Notes: generated by a model not told the origin, from the sequence alone. Shown: positions 1 to 9,971, counted from the first letter of the stretch. The stretch is DNA of 64,000 nt from an uncultured Anaerolineaceae bacterium (GCA_964483405.1 CAZABC010000004.1:1329-65328), one strand, 5' to 3'. A program made the numbers and translations.

Positions 1-1853
1 TCGCCGCGGCGCTCGGCGTCGGCCTGGGCGGCGAGGTTGAACGCCGCCCGCTCCTCGAGCCGGTCCGCCTCGAGCGAGAGCAGGCAGGCATGGGCGGCGT
101 ATCGGAGCCGGTCGGTCGTGAGCTCGGTCGGGTCGGGTCCGCTCCGGGCGTACAGGGCGATCGCGAGCGCCCGCGTCTCCTCGTCGAGGCCGTCGAGGAG
201 CCGGGCCCGCTCGAACCGACCGGGGACGCCGGCATCGTCGGGCGCCCGCATCAGGACGATCGCCCGGAACAGCTCGCGGGCGAGCGTCGAGGGGAGCTGA
301 TCGGGGGCGAGCTCGTCGACGACGGTGAGCTGGAGGTCGGGCACGAGCAGCAGCAGCCGGAGCAGCTCCGCCTCGACCGGCGTGATCGCCCGGACGACCT
401 CCTCGGGCGAGACCTGCTCGCGGGCGGCGAGGACCGCCCCGAGCGAGAGCCGCGCGCCGCCGTGCTCGCCGTCGCCGGCGAGGCCGCCGGGTCGCGGGAT
501 CGGGTTCGGCCGGGCGTGAAGGACCTCGAGCAGCGTCCGTTCCTCGAGCCCGGCCCGCCGGGCGAGGAGCTGGAGGTACGAGTCCCGCACGACCGGGTCG
601 GCGACCCGCCGCAGCGTCGGCATCACCCCGTCGACGAGGCGTTTGCGGCCCTCGGGCATCGCGAGGTCGACCTTCGCGGCGTGGTAGTCGATGAGGTAGG
701 CGAGGACCGGCACCGGGGCCCGGGTCGCCTCGCGCCAGAGGTCGGGATCCTCGCGGACGACCTCGTCGGGATCCTTGCCCTCGGGCAGCCGGACGACGCC
801 GACGTCGGTCAGCCCGACGCCCGCCTCGCCGACCTGGACCTCGCTGATGAGGGCGTTGAGCTCGGTCACGCCGAACGTGCCGGCGCTCTGCCCGGCCGGG
901 TCGACGTCGTAGGCGAGGGCGATCCGTTTGGCGTAGCGGGTCAGGACCGCGACCTGGCCGGGCGTGAGGGCCGTCCCGAGCGAGGCGACGACGTTGTCGA
1001 AGCCGGCCTGGTGGGCCATCAGCGCGTCGGTGTAGCCCTCGACGAGGACCGCCTGACCGGACTTGCGGATCGGCGCCTTCGCCCGGTCGATGAGGTACAG
1101 CGTCCGGCTCTTGTCGAAGAGCGGTGTGGCCGGCGAGTTGAGGTACTTCGGGCCGGGGTCCCGGCCGCCGCCCCGCTCGCGGGCCTCCGCCTCGCTGCCG
1201 AGGATCCGGCCGCCGAGCCCGACCGCTCCGCCGTTGGCGTCGCGGATCGGGAAGATCACCCTCGCGCGGAAGCGGTCGTAGACGCCGCCGCGGCTCCCCT
1301 GGCGGGCCGTCGCGAGGCCGACGGTCACGAGCTCCTCGGGCTTGACCTGGCGGCGCGCCTGGAGCTGGCGGGCGGCGACGTCCCAGCCGTCGGGCGCCCA
1401 GCCGAGCTGGAACCGCGCGATCGTCTCGTCGGTGAAGCCGCGGCCCCGGAGGTAATCGAGCGCCGGCTTGCCGGTCGGGTGGGACGTCAGGACCGTGTGG
1501 TAGAAGGCGATCGCCCCCTCGAGGACCTCGCGGAGTCGCGCCCGGTAGGCGTCCTGGGCCCGGGTCCGGTCGTCGAGCTCGACCCCCGCCTTCGCCGCGA
1601 GGACCTTGAGCGCGTCGGGGAACGACAGCCCGTCGCGCTCCATGACGAAGCTGAAGACGTCGCCGCCCTTGCCGCAGCCGAAGCACTTGTACGTTTCGCG
1701 GGCGGGTGTGACGACGAACGACGGCGTCTTCTCGCCGTGGAACGGGCAGAGCCCCTTGAACGTGGTCCCGGCCTTCTTCAGCTGGACCGTCTCGCCGACG
1801 ACGTCCACGATGCTGAGCCGGCCCTTGACCTCGGCTGCGACGCCGACCGCCAA
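1..1853 (-). CDS. dnaG: DNA primase DnaG. The N-terminus is in the window with a TTG start at 1853; the C-terminus runs off the window start.
   Basis: Reverse-strand translation reads MAVGVAAEVKGRLSIVDVVGETVQLKKAGTTFKGLCPFHGEKTPSFVVTPARETYKCFGCGKGGDVFSFVME, which is the CHC2 zinc finger, followed by Toprim-like segments (YLIDRAKAPIRKSGQAVLVEGYTDALMAHQAGFDNVVASLGTALT). It is not in the ORF track because there is no in-window stop. Confidence 0.85.
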   Translation of the reverse strand, partial: MAVGVAAEVKGRLSIVDVVGETVQLKKAGTTFKGLCPFHGEKTPSFVVTPARETYKCFGCGKGGDVFSFVMERDGLSFPDALKVLAAKAGVELDDRTRAQDAYRARLREVLEGAIAFYHTVLTSHPTGKPALDYLRGRGFTDETIARFQLGWAPDGWDVAARQLQARRQVKPEELVTVGLATARQGSRGGVYDRFRARVIFPIRDANGGAVGLGGRILGSEAEARERGGGRDPGPKYLNSPATPLFDKSRTLYLIDRAKAPIRKSGQAVLVEGYTDALMAHQAGFDNVVASLGTALTPGQVAVLTRYAKRIALAYDVDPAGQSAGTFGVTELNALISEVQVGEAGVGLTDVGVVRLPEGKDPDEVVREDPDLWREATRAPVPVLAYLIDYHAAKVDLAMPEGRKRLVDGVMPTLRRVADPVVRDSYLQLLARRAGLEERTLLEVLHARPNPIPRPGGLAGDGEHGGARLSLGAVLAAREQVSPEEVVRAITPVEAELLRLLLLVPDLQLTVVDELAPDQLPSTLARELFRAIVLMRAPDDAGVPGRFERARLLDGLDEETRALAIALYARSGPDPTELTTDRLRYAAHACLLSLEADRLEERAAFNLAAQADAERRG

Positions 1854-1927
1854 CCGCTACCTCCGGGTCCGGTCGTCGAGCCGCGCCCCCGCCTGGGCCC
1901 GCGATCGCCGCGCCGGACATGGCTACG

Positions 1928-1950
1928 GGCCTGTCAAGTCTTGACAGGCC
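1928..1950. promoter_or_regulatory. Perfect 11-1-11 palindrome GGCCTGTCAAG-T-CTTGACAGGCC in the dnaG upstream region. Two more TGTCAA half-sites (TGTCAAG, TGTCAAT) follow at about 1984-2003.
   Basis: Read directly from the sequence. It lies between the dnaG start (1853, minus strand) and the 3' end of the SulP gene (2053). The palindrome contains TTGACA -35-like hexamers on both strands. Confidence 0.4.
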
Positions 1951-2052
1951 GCGACGATCGGATGGTGCGCCCGATCGCGGGTCATGTCAAGGGTCTGTCA
2001 ATACCCCGTTGGAGTATCGCGCCAGGCGATACCCGGGCCGACGCCGGCGGGT

Positions 2053-3933
2053 CTAGCCGGGACCGCCGGCGGCCTCCAGCTCGGCCGTCAGGCGTCGCTC
2101 GAGGGCGAGGAGCGTCTCCCGGCCCGCGTCGCCCGTCCCCGGCCGGGCGGCTCGCTCGCGGATGAACGCCAGCAGATCGGCCAGGACCGCGACACGCTCG
2201 CGGGCGCCCGGCAACCGGAGGGCGAAGGCGAGGATCGCGTCGAGGTCGCCGGCGTGGACCCGGTCGACCCCGATCGCCGCGAGCGTGCCCGAGCGGTCGA
2301 GGAGATCGCGGACGCCGGGCCGGAGGTCGCTCAGCCAGAGCTCGATCCCATCGTCCGCGAGCCGTCCGTGGAGGTCTTCGAGCGCCTCGACGACCGGGAC
2401 GTCGACCTCCGGCGTGAGCGCCAGGTCGAGCAGCACGACCGTCGGTCGCGGGTCGGCCGCCTCGACGGCCTCGAGGACGCCGTCGCGGACCGCGGCGACG
2501 TTGGCGAAGAACAGCATGTCGTCGGGTCGGGCGATGAGCAGCCCCGGGATGGCCGCCGCCGGGTCCACCCGCAGGTCGACCGGGTCCAGGCCGCCGCTGG
2601 CCCGGCCGAGGAAGGTCAGGCGCCCTTCGCTCGTCCGCCAGACGAGGACCGCGAGCGACGCGACGACGGCGATGCCGAGGGCCTGGAGCGTCGGCACGAC
2701 GAGGACACCGACGAGGGCGATGATCGCCAGCCAGAAGTCGATCCGCCGAAGCTGCCACAGCCGGCGCAGCTTGCCGACCTTCATCATCCCGGTGACGGCG
2801 ACGATGACGACGGCGCCGAGGATCGGCTCGGGCAGCGGCTCGAAGAGGGGTGTCAGGAACAGCGCGACGAGGGCGGTCGCGGCGGCGGCCGTGACGAGCG
2901 ACGCCGGGGTCTTCGCGCCGGCGCGGTCGTTGGCCGCCGACTTCGAGAGCGACGACCCGATCGGGAAGCCCGAGTAGAGGCCGGCCCCGGTGTTGGCGGC
3001 GCCGATCGCGATGAGCTCGCGGTTCGGGTCGATCTTCCCGCCATGCTTCCGGGCGAACTCGTTGGCGGGGCCGATGGCCTCCGCGAACGCGACGAGCGCG
3101 ATCCCGATCGCCCCGGCGAGGAGGAGCGGCAGCGCCTCGAGCCCCACGCCGGGCAGCGACGGCCGCCCGAGGCCGGCCGGCAGGTCGCCGACGACGTGGA
3201 CGCCCAGCGCCTCGAAACCGACCGCCACCGACAGCCCGATGGAGACCAGCATGACGACGAGGGCGGCCGGCAGGCGCGGCACGAGCCGCTCCAGCGCCAA
3301 CAGGCCGGCGATGCCGGCCAGGCCGATCCCGAGCGTCAGGCCGTCCGTCTCGCCGAGCTTGGGCACGATGTCGAGGACCAGCTCGAGCGCACTCTCGCCC
3401 TCCGCCTCGATGCCGAGCAGCTTCGGGACCTGCTTGATCGAGATGAGCAGGGCCAGCCCGAAGACGAAGCCGATGAGGACCGACTCGGAGAAGAACTGGG
3501 CGATCCGACCGAGCCTGAGCACCCCGGCGGCGATCGAGACAAGACCGGCGAGGATCGCGAGGGCGGCGGTCAGGGCGATGTACTCGGGTGTCTCGGCCGG
3601 GGCGAGGGCCGAGATCGTCCCGGCCGACATGATCGCGATCGCCGACGACACGGCGACGACGAGCTGGCGCGAGCTGCCGAGCGCCGCGTAGGCGAGCAGC
3701 GCCACGGGGGCCGCGTAGAACGCGGTCTCCGGCGGGACCCCGGCCAGCTCGGCATAGGCCATGCCCTCGGGGACGAGGATCGCGCAGACGGTCAGCCCGG
3801 CGACGACGTCGAGCGGGAGCCATGCCCGCCGGTAGCCGGGCACCCAGGCGAAGATCGGCCAGGCCCGTCCGCCGGACGGCCGCGGGTCGCGGTCGCGCCC
3901 CTGGCCGCCTGTCGTCCTCGCCGGGTCCGTCAT
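2053..3933 (-). CDS. SulP-family sulfate/anion permease with a C-terminal STAS domain.
   Basis: 626 aa. N-terminal WVPGYRRAWLPLDVVAGLTV motif, many TM segments, and a C-terminal STAS-like region (VVLLDLALTPEVDVPVVEALEDL). Confidence 0.9.
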   Translation of the reverse strand: MTDPARTTGGQGRDRDPRPSGGRAWPIFAWVPGYRRAWLPLDVVAGLTVCAILVPEGMAYAELAGVPPETAFYAAPVALLAYAALGSSRQLVVAVSSAIAIMSAGTISALAPAETPEYIALTAALAILAGLVSIAAGVLRLGRIAQFFSESVLIGFVFGLALLISIKQVPKLLGIEAEGESALELVLDIVPKLGETDGLTLGIGLAGIAGLLALERLVPRLPAALVVMLVSIGLSVAVGFEALGVHVVGDLPAGLGRPSLPGVGLEALPLLLAGAIGIALVAFAEAIGPANEFARKHGGKIDPNRELIAIGAANTGAGLYSGFPIGSSLSKSAANDRAGAKTPASLVTAAAATALVALFLTPLFEPLPEPILGAVVIVAVTGMMKVGKLRRLWQLRRIDFWLAIIALVGVLVVPTLQALGIAVVASLAVLVWRTSEGRLTFLGRASGGLDPVDLRVDPAAAIPGLLIARPDDMLFFANVAAVRDGVLEAVEAADPRPTVVLLDLALTPEVDVPVVEALEDLHGRLADDGIELWLSDLRPGVRDLLDRSGTLAAIGVDRVHAGDLDAILAFALRLPGARERVAVLADLLAFIRERAARPGTGDAGRETLLALERRLTAELEAAGGPG

Positions 3934-4017
3934 GTCACCGAGTGAACCATACCGACGGAGGCGCCGTGCATCGCCCGTGGCGAGCGATGCCCCGACGCCC
4001 GCGGCCGATCGGCGTCC

Positions 4018-5715
4018 TCAACGGGCGATGTCCCGGCGCTCCATCCCCCAGGCGCCGAGCGAGATGCCGCCCGCCGCCAGGGCGACGCTCAGGACGATGC
4101 CGACCGGGTCGACCTGGCCGATCATCGGCTGCCCGAAGTGCGTCGTCAGGGCGAGCTCGGCGACCCAGTCCGGCAGCTCCAGCGCCGGGGCGAGGAGGGC
4201 GACGAGGAAGGTGACGACGACGAGCAGGGCGACGACCTCGGCGGCGAGCGAGGTCCGCCACAGCCCGCCGACGGCGACGCCGACGCCGATCAGGGCGATC
4301 GCGTAGAAGCCGATCACGAGGGTCCCGACGGTCGGCGCGATCACGTCGCCACCGGCGAAGATCGAGCCGAGCAGGATCCCGACCGCGACGAGGACGGTCG
4401 TGACGACCGCGGCGCCGATCGCGCTGATGCCGCCGGCCACGACCCAGGTCCGCCGGGTGAGGGGCGTCGCCAGGAGCTCCTCGAGGCGACCGCTGGTCTC
4501 GTCGCCGGCCCACCTGCCGACGAACGTCGCGGCGGCGAAGCCGATGACGATGATCCCCATCTCGACGAAGATCAGTTGGAGGAACCAGCCCGACGAGGTC
4601 ATGTCGCCCCCCGGGAAGACCGCCTCGAGGATCGTCTCGAAGGTCGGGAAGTCCGTCAGCAGCTGCTCGGAGAAGGTCCGGCTGACCGCGGCCATCATGA
4701 AGCCGAAGATGCCGATCCCGATGCCCCAGGCGAGGGCGCCCGGCAGCTGATCGCCGAACGCGCGTCCGACGGGCCCACGCGTCCCGAGGGTGGCCCGCGG
4801 GAGGCCCGGGACCGGTAGCCCGGTCATCACCCCGAGGTCGCGCCGAGCGAACAGCTCGACGCCGACCGCGAAGAGGACGACGGTGATCACCGCGACGACG
4901 GCCAGCGACGCCCAGTCGAACCGGCCTGCCAGCGGGACATGGTCGTACGTCCAGGCGAACCACGACAGATTGGCGATGCCCTCGAAGGCGGGCACGTGTG
5001 GGGCGTAGTTGCCGACGATGAAGGATGCGAGCATGACGCCGCCGGCGACGCCGGCCGCGCTGGCCCGGCCGACGATCGGTCCGAGGGCGAACGCGACCGA
5101 GCCCGAGACGAGGCCGAGCAGGCCGACCCAGAGCCCGAACCCGATCCCCTCGACCAGGGTGATCTCATCACCGAGCGCTGGGTCGCCGAAGGCGCTGGAG
5201 GACACGACCGCGGCGACGGCCATGACCGCCATCGCGACGACCATGATCGTGACGTGGGCGACGAGCTTCTCGAGGGCGATACGGCGCTTCCCGAACGGGG
5301 CGACCGCGACGAAGTCGAGGCTCGCCCGGCGCGCCTCGCCGGCCAGCGTCGAGGACAGGGCGAGGATCGACCAGAGCCCGGCGATGAAGATGAAGATCGG
5401 GCCGTACTTGTAGGTCAGGAAGCCGCCCATCGTCCCGACGTCGACCGGGTTGCCGGCGATCCCGGCCATGATCGGCGGGACGGCGTCGACGAGGGCCGCG
5501 ATCTCCGCCCGTGCCTCGGGGCTGGCGTAGGTGCTGCCCCAGACGCTGCCGAGGACGAGCATCAGGCCGGCGAAGAAACCGGTCATGATGATGAAGGCGA
5601 GCCGCGAATCGCGGATCGTCTTACCGTAGATGCTCCCGAAGCCGTAGAGCCGCCGGTGGAACGGGATCGCCGGGATCGCCGCCCCACGCGGCGGCAGGCG
5701 CGTCTCAACGGCCAT
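4018..5715 (-). CDS. ABC-2 type transporter permease.
   Basis: 565 aa polytopic membrane protein. Its start overlaps the upstream ATPase stop by 11 nt. Confidence 0.8.
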   Translation of the reverse strand: MAVETRLPPRGAAIPAIPFHRRLYGFGSIYGKTIRDSRLAFIIMTGFFAGLMLVLGSVWGSTYASPEARAEIAALVDAVPPIMAGIAGNPVDVGTMGGFLTYKYGPIFIFIAGLWSILALSSTLAGEARRASLDFVAVAPFGKRRIALEKLVAHVTIMVVAMAVMAVAAVVSSSAFGDPALGDEITLVEGIGFGLWVGLLGLVSGSVAFALGPIVGRASAAGVAGGVMLASFIVGNYAPHVPAFEGIANLSWFAWTYDHVPLAGRFDWASLAVVAVITVVLFAVGVELFARRDLGVMTGLPVPGLPRATLGTRGPVGRAFGDQLPGALAWGIGIGIFGFMMAAVSRTFSEQLLTDFPTFETILEAVFPGGDMTSSGWFLQLIFVEMGIIVIGFAAATFVGRWAGDETSGRLEELLATPLTRRTWVVAGGISAIGAAVVTTVLVAVGILLGSIFAGGDVIAPTVGTLVIGFYAIALIGVGVAVGGLWRTSLAAEVVALLVVVTFLVALLAPALELPDWVAELALTTHFGQPMIGQVDPVGIVLSVALAAGGISLGAWGMERRDIAR

Positions 5716-6619
5716 CGCCGGCCACCTCGACGGCCTGCCGGCCGTACTGGGCGAGGAACGTGTCCTCGAGGGACGGCTCGCGGCTCGTGACGTCGAGCAG
5801 CTCGTGGCGGGCGGCCGCCTGGACGACGGGCCCGATCGGCCCGCTGACGCGGAGCCGCATGACGTGGTCGTCGACCTCGACGTCGCTCACGCCGGGCAGG
5901 ACCTCGAACTCGGCCGCCGGCACCGGGCCGCTGAACCGGAGCTCGACCTGGTGGTGGGCGAGGTCGCGCAGCGCGTCGACCGTGCCGAGCCGGACGATGC
6001 GACCCTCGCGGATGATGGCGACGCGGCCGCAGGTCTTCTCGACCTCGCTCAGGATGTGGCTCGAAAGGAAGATCGTCGTCCCCTCGGCCGCCGTCTCGAG
6101 AATCGTCTCGAAGAAGCTCTGCTGGACGAGCGGGTCGAGGCCCGAGGTCGGCTCGTCGAGGATGAGCAGCTCCGGCCGGTGCTGGAGGGCGATGACGAGG
6201 CCGACCTTCTGCTTGTTGCCCTTCGAGTACTCCTTGAAGCGCCGGCTCGTGTCGAGGTCGAGCCGCTCGACGAGGGCCGCCTGGTAGGCCGGGTCGACCC
6301 CGCCGCGGAGGTTGGCGAAGTACTCGAGCGTCTGCTTGCCGGTGAGTCGGTCGTACAGGGCGAACTCGCCCGGGATGTAGCCGACCCGACGGTGGATCGA
6401 GACGGGGTCGACGGTCGACTCGACGCCGAACACGAGGGCCCGGCCGCTCGTCGGCTTGATCAGGTCGAGCATCGTCCGGATCGTCGTCGTCTTGCCGGCG
6501 CCATTGGGTCCGAGGAAGCCGAAGATCTCGCCGGCCGCCACCTCGAGGTCGACGTCGACGATGCCGCGGCTCGAGCCGTACGACTTGGTCAACCGCTCGA
6601 GCTGGATGACAGGGGGCAT
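5705..6619 (-). CDS. ABC transporter ATP-binding protein.
   Basis: Walker A (GPNGAGKTTT), ABC signature (YSKGNKQKV) and Walker B (LLILDEPTSGLD). Confidence 0.95.
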   Translation of the reverse strand: MPPVIQLERLTKSYGSSRGIVDVDLEVAAGEIFGFLGPNGAGKTTTIRTMLDLIKPTSGRALVFGVESTVDPVSIHRRVGYIPGEFALYDRLTGKQTLEYFANLRGGVDPAYQAALVERLDLDTSRRFKEYSKGNKQKVGLVIALQHRPELLILDEPTSGLDPLVQQSFFETILETAAEGTTIFLSSHILSEVEKTCGRVAIIREGRIVRLGTVDALRDLAHHQVELRFSGPVPAAEFEVLPGVSDVEVDDHVMRLRVSGPIGPVVQAAARHELLDVTSREPSLEDTFLAQYGRQAVEVAGDGR

Positions 6620-6631
6620 CGGGACTCCTTC

Positions 6632-7315
6632 TCAGGCGAACCAGCGGCGCAGGGTGGGCTCGTCGACGAGCTCGAACGACCCCGGCGGCAGCCCGAGGAT
6701 GCGCTCGAACGCCTCGTCGAACGCGGCGACGGCCGTCGCGACCTCGTCGTATGGGACGAGGCCGTCGAGCCGGGCGAGGAAGAGACGGCCGGTCGTGTCG
6801 CCGGCGCCCACCATGAGCGCGACGAGGATCGCCGCGGCGTGGTCGGCCGAGGTCGCCGTGAACGTGCCCTCGGCCTTGCCCTGACGGATGATCGTGGCGA
6901 AGAGCGGCGGCAGCCGCTCGCCGACGACCCGGGTGAACCGCTCGCGGACGAGCGCGTTGTCGTCGGCGTACCAGGCCCGCTGGACGGCGATCGTCAGGTC
7001 GCGCCGCTCGGCCTTCCAGCGACCGGCCGTCGCGAAGACGCCCCGGAGCTTGTCGAGTGCCGGCAGGTCCGGATCGCCCGCGATCGGCCGCATCGCCCCG
7101 ATCACCGCGTCGGTCATCCGGTCGATGACGGCGGTCAGCAGGTCCGCCTTCGAATCGAAGTAGTGGTAGAAGGCACCCTTCGACGTCCCGAGCTCCTCGA
7201 GCACGTCCTGGACGCTCATCCGCTCGTAGCCCTTCGTCCGGATGAGCCGCTCCGCGACATCGACGAAGGCATCCCGGCGGACGGCGTGCGCCGTCACGTC
7301 GACCGTGCGCGACAT
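6632..7315 (-). CDS. TetR/AcrR family transcriptional regulator.
   Basis: The N-terminal HTH region (RRDAFVDVAERLIRTKGYERMSVQDVLEELGTSKGAFYHYFDSKADLL) is typical of TetR. The ATG at 7315 (MSRTVDV) is the likely start. The longer 7558 ORF start adds a Pro/Arg-rich artifact. Confidence 0.85.
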   Translation of the reverse strand: MSRTVDVTAHAVRRDAFVDVAERLIRTKGYERMSVQDVLEELGTSKGAFYHYFDSKADLLTAVIDRMTDAVIGAMRPIAGDPDLPALDKLRGVFATAGRWKAERRDLTIAVQRAWYADDNALVRERFTRVVGERLPPLFATIIRQGKAEGTFTATSADHAAAILVALMVGAGDTTGRLFLARLDGLVPYDEVATAVAAFDEAFERILGLPPGSFELVDEPTLRRWFA

Positions 7316-7330
7316 GCGTCCCTCGAATGA

Positions 7331-7349
7331 CAGACCGACCGTCGGTCTG
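7331..7349. promoter_or_regulatory. Perfect 9-1-9 palindrome CAGACCGAC-C-GTCGGTCTG; candidate TetR operator.
   Basis: Sits 16 bp upstream of the TetR start codon, in the divergent region between the TetR gene and the aldolase gene. A TATAC -10-like element follows. Confidence 0.5.
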
Positions 7350-7440
7350 AGTATACGCCCTCGGCCGGGCGCGGCGCGCCGTCCAGCCGTCGTCGTGCTC
7401 GGCGCCGCGCGGATGGCGGCGTGACGCCCCGCGGGGCGGC

Positions 7441-8187
7441 GTGGCACGATCGTCGCCAGCGGAGGAGGCGGGCGCGATGGTGAGCACGACCGGCGGGAGC
7501 GAGACGTCCCGGACCGAGGGGCCGCGGGAGCGGGCACGCGCGGAGGTCCTTGCGGCATGCCGCCGGATGGCGGCGGAGCACCTCGTCCCGTTCACCGCCG
7601 GCAACGTCAGCGTCCGGGTGGCCGGCGAGCCCGGGGTGTTCGCGGTCACGCCGACCGCCCTGCCGTACGACGAGCTCGAGTCGGCCGACGTCGCGATCGT
7701 CGCAGCGACCGGCGCGGTCCTCGATGGACGGTGCCCGCCGACCTCCGAGCTGCCGCTCCACACGCTCGTCTATACCCGTCGGCCCGAGGTCGGGGCGATC
7801 GTCCACACCCACAGCACGGCCGCGATGGCGATGGCGGCACTCGGCCTGACGCTGCCGGCCTTCCTCACCGGCCTCGTCGACGCGACCGGCGGCGCGGTGG
7901 CGACGGCGCCGTACGCCCGCCCCGGGACCTCGGCAATGGCGGACGCCGTCGAGGCGGCGCTGCGCGAACGAGGCGCCTGCTTCCTCCGCCACCACGGCCT
8001 CCTCGCGATCGGCGCCGACATCGGGCGGGCGTACCGGGCGGCCGCGGTCACCGAGAGCGCCGCCGACGCGTACCTCCGTGCCCGCGCCGTCGGACCCGTG
8101 CCCGAGCTCGCACCCGAGGAGGTGGACTGGATCGCCGAGGGCTGGCGCGCCCAGTGGTCCGGCACCGCGGTCGCGACCCGGGGCTGA
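7441..8187 (+). CDS. Class II aldolase/adducin-family protein (L-fuculose-phosphate aldolase-like).
   Basis: LVPFTAGNVSVRV and HTHSTAAMAMAALG match the class II aldolase fold motifs. The start could instead be the ATG at 7477 (MVSTTGG). Confidence 0.8.
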   Translation: MARSSPAEEAGAMVSTTGGSETSRTEGPRERARAEVLAACRRMAAEHLVPFTAGNVSVRVAGEPGVFAVTPTALPYDELESADVAIVAATGAVLDGRCPPTSELPLHTLVYTRRPEVGAIVHTHSTAAMAMAALGLTLPAFLTGLVDATGGAVATAPYARPGTSAMADAVEAALRERGACFLRHHGLLAIGADIGRAYRAAAVTESAADAYLRARAVGPVPELAPEEVDWIAEGWRAQWSGTAVATRG

Positions 8188-8215
8188 GTCCGACCGGCAC
8201 CGCGGCCGGTCGTCA

Positions 8216-9886
8216 TCAGCCGGGCGCTGGCCCCGGGCGATCCACGCCGCGCCGCCGTTCCCGGATCCCGTCGACGAGCCGGCGCGCCATCCCGACCTCC
8301 GGGGCGCCGGAGCGCCACGAGAGGACGGCATAGAGCAGCGCCCCCGCGCCGCCCGCGACCCCGATGGCGATGACCCCCGCGATCGGGCCGTGGGGCGGGG
8401 CGTCGAAAGCGAGCAGTCGATCCGCCACGACGGCCGCCAGCAACCCGGCGAGGGTCGCGAAGGCGAGCGACCGAACGGCCGGACCGGCGGTCGTCCGCCA
8501 GGCCGGTCCGGGGACCCGCCGGACCAGCGCGACGACGAGGAGCGTCGCCGCGGCCGTGGCGCCGAGCGAGAAGGCCGCGGCGATCCCGTCGAGGCCGGCC
8601 CGACCGGTCAGGAAGACGAGGACGATCGTGGTGATCGAGAGATCGAGGCCCGCGGCCCCGACCGACGTCACCGTCCGGTCGGTCGCGTACAGCGCCCGGT
8701 TGGCGAACGCCGCGACCGAGGCGGCGGGCAGGCCGAGGAACAGCAGGGTGAGCGCGCCCGCCGTGAGCGCCACGGACGCGTCGTCGTACCGGCCGTGGCC
8801 GAAGAGCAGGTCCGCGATCTCGGGCGCCAGCCCGACGGCGAGGGCCGTCACCGGCAGGACGAGGAACAGGACGAGCCGGAGCGACGACGTCACGAGGCGG
8901 CCGAGCGACGCGGCCGCGCCCCGGGCGTGCTGGGCCGCCATCTCGGGGAGGGCCACGGTCCCGAGCGGGACCGCGAGCACCCCGGCCGGGATCTGGAAGA
9001 TCGTGTAGGCGATGGTGAACGCGGTGACCGATCCGGCGGGCAGCGTGCTGGCGAAGGCGAGGGCCAGGATGATCTTCAGCTGGTCGACCGAGAGCCCGAA
9101 CGCCCGCGGCCCGAGGAGGCCGATCGCGCGCCGGAGACCCGGGTCGGCGACGCCGAGCTCGGGACGGATCCGGAGACCCATGCCGTGGAGGGCCGGCAGC
9201 TGGACGACGAGGTAGGCGACGGACCCGCCGAAGACGCCGACCGAGAGCGCGTGCGGACCGAGCGGCCCGCTGAGGAGCAGCGCGCTGCCGACCGAGACGA
9301 CGTTGTAGGCGATCGGCCCGAGGATCGCCGGCCCGTAGCGCCGATCGGCCTGGAGGATCCCGCCGACCATCCCGCCGAGGCCCAGGAGCAGCGGCGCGAA
9401 GGCCAACTCCCGCGACAGGGCGATCGCGAGCTCGCGTGTCGCGGGATCGAACCCGGGCGCCAAGAGCGGGATGAGCAGCGGCGCGACGGCGACGATGAGG
9501 AGGCCGAACAGGGCGAGGCCGACCGCCGCCCAGGTCAGGAGCCCCGACGCCGTCCGCGACGCCTGCCCGTGCCCGCCACCGGCCAGCACGTGGGCGATCG
9601 GCGTGACGACGGCTGCGGCGAGAGCGCCGCTCGCGACGAGGCTGAGGACGAGGTCCGGGAGGCGGAAGGCGACGGAGAACGCATCGAGCTCGCGACCCGC
9701 GCCGAAGATCGCGGCGTAGACGAGCAGCCGGACGTAGCCAAGGGCCCGGGCGACGACGTACCCGACCAGGACGAGCGTCCCGGCCCGGGCCAGCGACGCC
9801 GCGAGAGCGCCGGGCAGCGCTGCCGACGCCGCGGCGTTTCCCGCGGGGCTCGGATCGTCGAGGCTCACCGGGCAAGTATCTTCCAC
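8216..9886 (-). CDS. murJ: Lipid II flippase MurJ (MviN family).
   Basis: 556 aa with about 14 TM segments. N-terminal LVGYVVARALGYVRLLVYAAIFGAG is the characteristic MurJ N-terminus. Confidence 0.85.
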   Translation of the reverse strand: MEDTCPVSLDDPSPAGNAAASAALPGALAASLARAGTLVLVGYVVARALGYVRLLVYAAIFGAGRELDAFSVAFRLPDLVLSLVASGALAAAVVTPIAHVLAGGGHGQASRTASGLLTWAAVGLALFGLLIVAVAPLLIPLLAPGFDPATRELAIALSRELAFAPLLLGLGGMVGGILQADRRYGPAILGPIAYNVVSVGSALLLSGPLGPHALSVGVFGGSVAYLVVQLPALHGMGLRIRPELGVADPGLRRAIGLLGPRAFGLSVDQLKIILALAFASTLPAGSVTAFTIAYTIFQIPAGVLAVPLGTVALPEMAAQHARGAAASLGRLVTSSLRLVLFLVLPVTALAVGLAPEIADLLFGHGRYDDASVALTAGALTLLFLGLPAASVAAFANRALYATDRTVTSVGAAGLDLSITTIVLVFLTGRAGLDGIAAAFSLGATAAATLLVVALVRRVPGPAWRTTAGPAVRSLAFATLAGLLAAVVADRLLAFDAPPHGPIAGVIAIGVAGGAGALLYAVLSWRSGAPEVGMARRLVDGIRERRRGVDRPGPAPG

Positions 9887-9971
9887 CGCGATCCGCCGGT
9901 CGCGGCTAGAATCCGGGTCGCGGCCACGGCGACAGACGTCACCGGGCCGCCGGCAACCCCGTCAGAGGCAC

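Noticed and set aside
90-2165. 691-aa plus-strand ORF overlapping dnaG
   Set aside because: Arg/Gly/Asp/Pro-rich low-complexity translation with no motifs. The opposite strand encodes a clear DnaG, so this is a classic high-GC antisense artifact.
1982-3945. Long ORFs 1982-3823 (minus), 1984-3945 (plus), 2162-2977 (plus) overlapping the SulP gene
   Set aside because: Only the 2053-3933 minus-strand frame gives a membrane-transporter-like protein. The others are Arg/Pro-rich artifacts.
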